NCBI GenBank assembly: GCA_964247055.1
Contig: OZ176056.1
Span: forward strand, 6,262,001 to 6,326,000
Direction of reading: 5' to 3'
Length of the DNA stretch: 64,000 bases
Source: Paragordius varius
Lineage: Eukaryota; Animalia; Nematomorpha
How positions within the stretch are numbered: the first letter of the stretch is position 1; every line of letters starts with the position of its first letter. The translations under genes and the position numbers were made by a program. The notes beneath the pieces were generated by a model. It was not told where the DNA came from. It searched no databases and saw nothing but the letters and a program-made list of their open reading frames with translations. This document shows positions 55,474-64,000 of this stretch, one piece after another.

Positions 55474-58400
55474 ATGACTAAAGTTTTTATTTTCTATCTC
55501 GTTTGTCAAATGTTTTTCATTACAACCAAAGCTTATATGGATGAATGGCCAAAAGGGGCAGGTAATTATTTAAATTAAATATTTTTGAGGGCTATTTAAA
55601 GATATTAGGATAACTTAAAGGGCTTTGCGCAAGCCACATATATTTTTGCAAAAAACGGCGGGCATATATCAAATATATATGTAATAAAAAAATTTATATG
55701 ATTCTAAACATAGGATCCTAAAATGCAAACACAGTATAACAATTTTTTTTTTCTGGTTTTCGGCCAATTAAATGAACTTTTTTATAAAATATGATAAAAA
55801 TAACAATTTTATACTAAAATTTTATAAGCATATTTTTCTAAATATAAATTTTCAATTTTTCGCGGGCCGCAAATAAAGTTTCGAGGGGGGTGGGCTACGT
55901 ATGTTGGACAGCCGTGACCCAAACTTAAACTTCATAAAGCCTCGATATTATTTTTCCAGTGGTGTACCGAGGTGTAAGGAAAAAAATTTATATATAATAA
56001 ACACAGGTACCATCTAATCAGATTTGAATGGAAATCTCATATATACCATTTGCACTTCAAGAGTGTCCTTGAACACTTCAAGTTGGTCCTTGAACATTTC
56101 AAGTTGGTCCTTGAACAATTCAAGTTGGTCCTTGAACAATTCAAGTTGGTCCTTGTACAATTCAAGTTGGTCCTTGAACACCCTAAGTTGATCCTTAAAA
56201 TTTATAAATTTTGATTTAACCATAATTTTTGCATTTATTTTTTAATTTTATTATTTATAAACCTAATTTTCTTTATTTATTATATATTTATTCATTTAAT
56301 AATAAAAGTTTTTTTTGAAAAACCACGTTTTTGTTTCAAACTATTTTTTTTCAATTTAACAAAATTATTAACTTTTAAATGTTTTTAATAAAATTTAATA
56401 AATAAGCCAGAAAACTTATATATTTTTTCATTTCATGTTAAAATCTTATAAATATCCAAAATTATTATAACAAATTAATAAAGATATACGGTTTCTCAAA
56501 CATTAAAAGTTGATATCGAACTAAAATTTGTTAAATAATAGAAAATAGGTTAAAAACAATAAAATAGATGAATTATTTACGATTTGATTGATAAAAGTTA
56601 AAAACAAAACAAAGGACCAACTTGAAATGTTCAAGGACAAACTTGAAGTGTTCAAGGACCAACTTGAATTGTTCAAGGACCAACTTGAGCTGTTCAAGGA
56701 CCAACTTGCATTGTTCAAGGACCAACTTGAAATGTTCAACCAACTTGAAGTGTTCAAGGACACTCTTGAAGTGCAATTGGTATATAAATATATTTATACA
56801 TATATATATATATCTATACATATTATCTTTATGGAGTTTTTACATTTTAATTGGAGAGCTAGATATTCTATAGCATAATTTATTTTATATTATATCCCAT
56901 TGTATTTTCCGAATAGAATAAAGGAAATAGTTTTTCACTGCTATTTAATTCAATTTAAAATATTTTGGCGACGTTTCCTTATTTTTTTATGACAAATTTT
57001 GAATTTTTGTTTAACTAACAAATTTTTTGTCCCTTTTATTCAAAAAAGAGGTATTTTAAGCTGTGAAGGGTGAAAGAATATAAGAATACAGTCCAAAATG
57101 CAAATTCGTTTTTAAAAAAGTTAAAAGAAATAAAATAACTTATTATGATGGCATAACAATCATATGATATAAAAGTTTAAAATATCCAATTATACGTAAA
57201 AATAGGTAAAAAACAGGATCCATTTATTAAAAACATGCAAGTCAAGATGGGTTTGATTATATACTAAACATCATTGATGGAGAAGATTCATTTGTATAAT
57301 ATATTATTTTTATTTGACATTTTACGAACGCTTTGAAAAAATAAAAGTTAGATAATTTGGTGATACACTCACTAATTTTTATAGAGATATGCTGAGATCA
57401 ATAGCTCTCAATAAATTTTTATATCTTATTCTTAGATTAAAGATATATATCGCTGCATATTATATAAAACCTAGGGGGCAGGTAAAGAAATTTGGATTTA
57501 AAAGTATTATACGTTAAAGGTTAAAACTAAATAAATCTTAAATCCTAAATTTTGAATTGAAGATAATATCCAAAAATTTGGATAAACCCGTTTACGTTCC
57601 TTGCTTTGTTTTTAATTATTGGACCAAATTATTTTGGAAAACTAATTTTTTAATAACAATGCTGTATAATCGCATATTTAACTATGAGTTTTCATAAATA
57701 AAAAATAAGAATCATATTGATATTGAACGAGCTATAATAAAAGTTACAGATGTTGTAATAAAATGAATGGCTCCCCAATACATTAAGTCATAGAAAAGTT
57801 GTCATAAAGATGTAATTCATATGAATTTTATAAATTTTGATCATATGGGAAAAGTTTTTAATCAATTTTAAAACAAAAACGAGCAGATTAATTACAAATT
57901 TGACCAATCAATGTGGCAATATTTATTTTGGGTAACTCATAGCTAGCCCAAGTTATTTATAGAACACAAGGCTAATATAGACTCTAAATTTTTTATGAAT
58001 ATTAAATTTTAAGAGTTTATTCATAATCAATATTTCATATGCTTAATCATTTATTTGGGGGAAAAAATAGTTAGTTGCAATGACAAATGGGAATGGCAAT
58101 GCTGTATAAATAATGAACAAGCTCAATACAAGCGATATTGTTACAAATGGGGATATTTCAAGATAGCTAAATGGCCCTTTAGAAATTATAAAATGGAGGC
58201 GGAAAACTGTCCTGTTGAAACGTGTAAAAATAAAAAGTGCCATAGTAACATATGTGAGTTTAGTATATTTTATGGAAAATAAAATGCCCCCCTTCTCTAG
58301 TATATAAAAGGTCGGGAAATCTCCACAAGATTTAGTTTTTTTGTTACCATTGTTGATATAAATGTGTATCAAAATGTTTTCATATATATATAAAAATATT

Positions 58401-60284
58401 TATATATATTATGGTCTAATAAATTATGTTTTTCAATATTTTTATCTTATAAAACGCGCATACATAAATAATCTGTTAGATTTGCTAATAATTTCATTAA
58501 TACTTTTAAGACTTTCCTCATTAGCGTAAACGGTCTGTCAAAAAAATAGATAACTTGTATTTTATTACCATATCTAAAATTATTCGAGATGGATATTTTT
58601 TACATGCATTTTCATCCATTGAAAAATCTGTTTTACAATAAATGTTTAAGACAAACATGTGGTGTAAAACAAAAATTAAAAAAGATATCACTAGTTCTGT
58701 AGTTATATTAGCGCATTTAACGGTTGCATAATATGAGCAGCCCTCTTATATTCCCAAAAGATATTTAACAATTAGCATTATGATTTTTATCTTTATAAAA
58801 AAACTAGCAAAGCGAGAATTCGTGTTTTACTTTTGGGTAAATATGGAGCAGCCAAACTAATATTAAATGATTGGTAAGCTCATAACAAAAAAAGCCATCT
58901 CTTAAAATATTCAACCATATTGAAAACATAATAAAACCGAAAGTTAAGGTGTGTCTGTTTTCATATCAGATAGATGTAGGAATCTCGTAATGTTAGGATC
59001 CTAAATAAATATTGTTTTTTAAAATTATTTTTACAAGATTTGGCTTTTAAAATAATAGGTTAATTTTTGAAGGAGAGTTAAAATTAATATAACTTTGAAT
59101 TGGACCATAATTTTAGATATTTATTTAGTATATAGTCAATATAAGTATGGACTTACCCCTTAATGTTAATCGATCATAATTATATAGCTTTAGAAATATA
59201 AGGATAAAATAATTATAATTTTTTTAAAATGGTATTTTACATTTTGAAATTCCAAAAAAAACTTGGACTTTACATATTTTAGAAGTTATTTTATATTTTA
59301 CTGAGTTAAAATATTAACGTACACTTAGTAGACAGGCTCAATAAATCGTATATAGTTCTTTCTGCAAAAAAACAGGATTTAAAACACTAAAATCAAATTT
59401 ATACCGCGATTCTGAGTTTTCGTTCACTGTACATACCACGATTAGTATGTAAAGTATGCATTTATAAGTTCATATATTCACTAGTCGACAAATTTGGACA
59501 TTTTTGAGCACCACCACTCAAACTTTTAAATTATGACTAATTTCAGTGTTTTATAACCGAATGTGAAAAATTTTTTGATCCCGCCAATCAGAATTTTGAA
59601 ATATTATAGGTTTTTTAATTTTTCAAAAACAAGAGAAAATCGAGAGAAAATTAAATATAACTTTATACTAAAATGTTATTATATTATAAACTAAATATCA
59701 TTTAATAAAGCGTTTTAAACTCTATCTTTTGAATATAAATATGTCATTTAAATATCAGAGAGAAAAAAATAGTACGGACTTAAACGTCAAAATTTAGTCT
59801 TTTTCTTTCAAGTGAATAATACTTATAAAAAATTTTTAAATAAATACTAAAAAGGCATTCTATGGTTTAAACCTTTGGCTTTTAGATAGGCTATATTTTT
59901 TTGTTAGTTTTCGTCCTTTCGAGTACTTATTAGGCTTTTTTTCTTGAGTTGGTTCTTACAAAAAATCCTTTATTTATACCTAGTGGATATACTTTATTTT
60001 TTAAAATTATTGGTTGTTTTGTATTTTTAATTTCAGATGGATGTTGTGTAGCCACTTTTAGTAGAATTTACTATTATGGGATTGGACCATTTGTATTTAC
60101 CTAATCTTTTTATTCAATTTAATTGTAGAATTTATCTAACTTTATACTGTGAATTGGTTAATTTAACAAGTCAATTTGCCTGGATTTTGCTTGCAAGTCT
60201 CTCTTATCGGACTTTACGATTACTGATTGTTATCTTTGCCATATCTGGCATAATTGGATCGCTTGGGGGATATGCAGAGCTTGA
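55474..60284 (+). CDS. Candidate secreted Cys/Trp/Tyr-rich small protein
   Basis: Exons 55474-55561 (signal-like MTKVFIFYLVCQMFFITTKA-YMDEWPKGA), 58071-58253 and 60037-60092, then 60171-60284 (alternatively stop at 60104 if the 78-nt intron is retained). All junctions are GT-AG and phase-consistent. The longer form has 14 Cys in the mature region. Confidence 0.55.
55861..55916. mobile_element. Right end of a hAT-type MITE
   Basis: cgcgggccgcaaataaag...cgtatgttggacagccgtg; the left end was not identified. Confidence 0.5.
56042..56784. mobile_element. Foldback element, subfamily B: inverted arms of 21-bp tandem repeats (ttcaagttggtccttgaacaa)
   Basis: Left arm 56042-about 56200 and right arm about 56611-56784, each with about 6-7 repeats; termini TATACCATTTgcacttcaagagtgtcc / ggacactcttgaagtgcAATTGGTATA; AT-rich spacer. 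Confidence 0.9.
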
Positions 60285-60833
60285 GCTATCACACTATACA
60301 TACTTTTAGATTTTTAATACTTTGGCTCTTAGCTTGTTTAGTATCTTATTTAATGCCTAGAATTTTGTTATTCATGCATGGAATATTACTTGTATCGACT
60401 TGTTCGTTTGACTATTTAAACATATGTGCACGAGGATTGATTGTTATTTTTAAATTAAATACAAATTTAAAAATTAAATTTCGGAAAAATCCTATTGGTG
60501 GCCTCAATTTTCTTTTTTGTTTTGGCCTTTCCATGCCATTAGGTATCAAAAAATGCAAAAATAATGGGGTGGTGCAAAAACTTGTTGAGCAATGTTTAAA
60601 TAGTCTTTTTCAAAATTTATATTGCTAATAGCTTTGGGAATAAAATTCAGTTTATTACTTTATATTTTAAGGTTAATATATTTTGAGAACTTTTCAACGG
60701 TACGGCTTTTTTTTATAATAAGTTTATAACAGTTCACAAGGATCTGGAGAATTAATAAAAACAGCAATAAAAGAGTTTTATAATTCATTTTTATAGTAAA
60801 AAATAACCGGTTGGTTCATCTAGTAGTTTAGAA

Positions 60834-61132
60834 CAGGGTTGTCCAACACGGAATCCTCCGAAACTTTATGAGATGTAGGGTAGAATTCGGAAATACATAA
60901 TTTACCAAAATATGCTAATAAAATATTCCTAAAAATAATATTTCTTACCCAGTTTATCTAAAAATAGGTTTCAAATCGACTAGAAAAAATTGTTAAATTG
61001 ACTGCATCTTATAGTCTTATGTATAAAATCTAATAAATTATTTATGAATACTCATATAATATTGAAATGTTGCCCGCCAGTTTTTTAAGTCGAAAATACG
61101 GCCCGCAAAGCCATTTGTGTTGGACACATCTG
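60834..61132 (-). mobile_element. hAT-type MITE (CAGGGGTGTCCAAC family)
   Basis: TIRs cagggttgtccaacac and gtgttggacacatctg; 8-bp TSD gtttagaa / gtctagaa (7/8). Opposite orientation to 9015-9277. Confidence 0.85.
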
Positions 61133-62275
61133 GTCTAGAAGGCATATTACCGATCTTGATTCTATAACTCTTTTCCTTCAGTTAACACTGTTAGGAATTA
61201 AATAATGTGACACATTTGCTAAAGATAGGGGGATTTTAGAAAAGTTTTTTTAAGGTTTCAGATACTGGTTAAAATATAAAGACAGTACTTAGAAAGTTTT
61301 GGGATTTAAACAGCTTTAGAACTTCTTAACCAATTTAGATAGTGGTATATCCCAAGAGGTTTTAAAATTTAAATATCTTAAATCATATTTTTTGCATTGC
61401 AAATTTAAATATGTTGTCTCTTAGCCTTTTAGGGGCATAATATAAAAAAGTTAAAATCCCCATCTCAAACTTTTTCGCCGCCATTTTTTTAATATGTTTT
61501 TAATCGCTATTGGATATGGCCAATAAATGTGTACTGTGATTAGTTAATGGAAATAATTAACTACAGAAAGCTTTCAGTTGCTATTTATTAATATAAAATC
61601 AGCTGTTTATTTCAATCGTGTTTTGGAGTTGATTTTGATTTCTAGAAGTTATAAAACCGTTAAAATTCTAGGTTTTATTCAGTATAGGATAATAGGCTTT
61701 GATAATTGGTTAACCAAAACTATTTTCAATAGTTGGTTACTACTTTAAGCTCTAGGGTAGTTAACCCAAAATGTCATCGCTTACAAAAAATGAAAATGTA
61801 ATGAATTATAATGCTGTATAAAACTTTTTAAAAATCAACCAATAAAAATATTACATAAACATTTATTCGAATGTGCAGCTATGCATTTAACTCATATATC
61901 ATATAATAATTTACAAAACACTAAACAAGTAGACAGCAGTTTTAATCATGAAAAACATTTGATTCACATATATATATTCATTTTCAAACATTATTATGTG
62001 TTTTAGCCAATTGGTCCTTGGCACAGATATAGTCGGTACAATTTTTTCGGACCTGCATATAACCGTACATGGGCGTATCAAACAAATTCAATACGGTGGC
62101 CCTATTACATTCCCTTTTCAATCGAGTTATGGTTGGTGAAATGCAACACAACGGTTCCCAATCCTGACATACAACTTGATCTAAAGGAATATAAAGAATT
62201 ATTTTATTGACTAGTTAGTCATTTAAATTATTTTTGATTAAATATATATATTTACTCATATTGGCTATTTTATAG

Positions 62276-62344
62276 ATCCAATCGAAAAAGGTTGCCGTTG
62301 TTGGAGTTACAGTGATAAAGAATATTGCTATCAAAAAAAAGAAA
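62276..62344 (+). CDS. Candidate internal exon of a second Cys-rich small protein
   Basis: tttatag|AT CCA...GAA A|gtgagt, phase 1 to phase 1, encoding PIEKGCRCWSYSDKEYCYQKKE. Partner exons are unresolved. Confidence 0.4.
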
Positions 62345-63761
62345 GTGAGTCGCATAAATGAGTTTGTTTATATATGTTTATATGACTAAAAGTTTGGAGT
62401 AGAGTTATAATATTAATTAGAAAGTAATGTTTTAGTGTAGAAGCAAAATTAAATTTTGTAAAAATAAGATTGAATATGATGAAAGTAACAATCAAATATT
62501 TTTATGGTATATTAATAACTAATTTTTTACGTATTAATTTTACGTCATATTTGTCAATAACCTTTTAAATTTTAAGCAGGGGTGTTTTCTTTATAGTCAA
62601 TTATTAGTGATTTAATGTTAAAATAATTTTTATATTAATAAAAATGATTAATTATGCAAAATCTTGAATGTCTAATTAAATATTATATGAATATGTTATT
62701 GTCGCGTTACATTTAAAAATTTATTATAGGTTAAGTTTATCGTAAAAGTACTCAATTGGAACCAAGTTGCCATCAATGCATTATTATATTGGCTAGTTAA
62801 TTTTATGACGCTTATAAGCCTTTTTTGCACTAGCCTCGAAATGCCCCCTATTTCCATAAAAGAATGTTAATAATTGCAAATTAAATGTCAATATCGTGAT
62901 TAAAAAACAATTTTCTGGGATATTTATCAAACCACATGAAAAATACTGTGTTTTGCACACAAAAAGATGTGCCATTTTTATAAGCCTTTAAGCATGGGCC
63001 CTTTTCAATAAAAAAACTGGAGGGCCGCATTCCCAAATGTACGGGCATATAAACAAATATTTTTTTTAGATTTAAACAAATGTTTGTAAAAACTAATACT
63101 ATGTAATTCAACATTTTTTGCTGTTCATGGGCCGAAATTCTGGAAAATTTATTTAATAAATTTATATTAATTATTTGTGTTGGATACGGGCCGTTTACTC
63201 CTTTAAATAAAATACATAGCCTTTATTTAAAAACAGATAGGATTAATGATAGTCAAAAATTTTCTCAAACATAGATTAATTTCTCCAAGGTCTGTAATAT
63301 TTCTAAAAATGTGAACCTATGGGCCCAGTACACTATATTTTAGCGCTAATTAGCTTGGCTTAGATAGGTAAAAAGCAGATATCAATAAATTTTAGAAAAA
63401 TATTTATTTGGATTTAAGTTATTATAATAAAATGATCAAATATATGTCTGAATTCATGCATTTTTGTTAGGTGACATTTAACTTCCGCCTGACAATACTG
63501 AGTGGCAAACATAGGATGAAGTATATTTACTATTAAAATTCTTATAGAATAAACGATAAGGTAACATTGAGATAATTTTGTGGAATATTTAATATTTTAG
63601 AATCTTTTAAAAAGGAATTAAACAAGTGATTTTGATCTCTATAATCGATATACTGCCGGATAAGTATAACGTGTAACCACAAGCATGATGATTTAATTTT
63701 GTAGTAAGGCAGCGCATAAATTAATAAATAAAACCATCCAAATGTTCCAAACTATATAAAT

Positions 63762-64000
63762 CAGGGGTCTCTAACCTTTTTTCACCGCATGCTATTTTGG
63801 GAAAGAATTCCACGCGGGCACGTATAGATATTAAGTCTAAAAGTTTAATTTATCGTTTCAACACAAATATATATATTTCTATTTACGGATTAGGCTAACC
63901 AGCACAGTCCATTTTTAAAATAAATAAAAAAATTATTATTTTTGAGTAGTTTTTTTTATATATAATCTTAATTTTATCAAAATACCTTTGCGATGATTCA
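63762..64000 (+). mobile_element. Left end of a hAT-type MITE; extent unknown
   Basis: caggggtctctaaccttttttcaccgc...cgcgggcacg; no right TIR found within the window. Confidence 0.45.

Noticed and set aside
55474-55561. WPKG after a signal peptide suggested an apextrin (ApeC) domain
   Set aside because: The downstream exons lack the YCI and other ApeC motifs.
56014-56878. ORFs encoding heptad repeats (FKDQLEL)n that look like a leucine-zipper coiled coil
   Set aside because: They are translations of the 21-bp repeats in both inverted arms of foldback B. They occur on both strands symmetrically and have no splice or start context.
61960-61962. In-frame TGA in a signal-like leader as evidence for TGA recoding
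   Set aside because: It is a single case in an unverified gene. TGA is the apparent normal stop of the LRR gene, so a mutation or a wrong gene model is simpler.

Overview
Very AT-rich, intron-containing eukaryotic nuclear DNA, most likely an invertebrate animal (the taxon cannot be fixed from sequence alone). All gene models were assembled by hand from GT-AG junctions and reading frame. Reference proteins used for comparison were recalled from memory, and no database search was run. Four recognisable genes are present: JMJD6 (+, 4 exons), a single-pass LRR receptor without a TIR domain (-, 2 exons), MED19 (-, not in the supplied ORF track) and a 24-exon ISWI/SMARCA5-type remodeller (+). There is also a 14-exon orphan gene with nine dispersed CxxC motifs, and candidate small secreted-protein genes (one poly-His peptide, one Cys/Trp-rich protein). 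Introns and intergenic DNA carry decayed hAT, mariner and RTE elements, two MITE families, and a family of foldback elements that share TATACCATTT termini and 21-bp subterminal repeats. The most striking observations are: (1) MED19 needs 37-nt and 23-nt introns to restore a gapless alignment; (2) the MED19 and ISWI start codons are only 49 bp apart, head-to-head; (3) two ISWI introns hold tandem arrays that duplicate the neighbouring splice site and create potential 3-nt and 9-nt microexons; (4) the foldback family keeps its termini and repeat period while the repeat sequence differs between subfamilies. No rRNA, tRNA or CRISPR array is supported.
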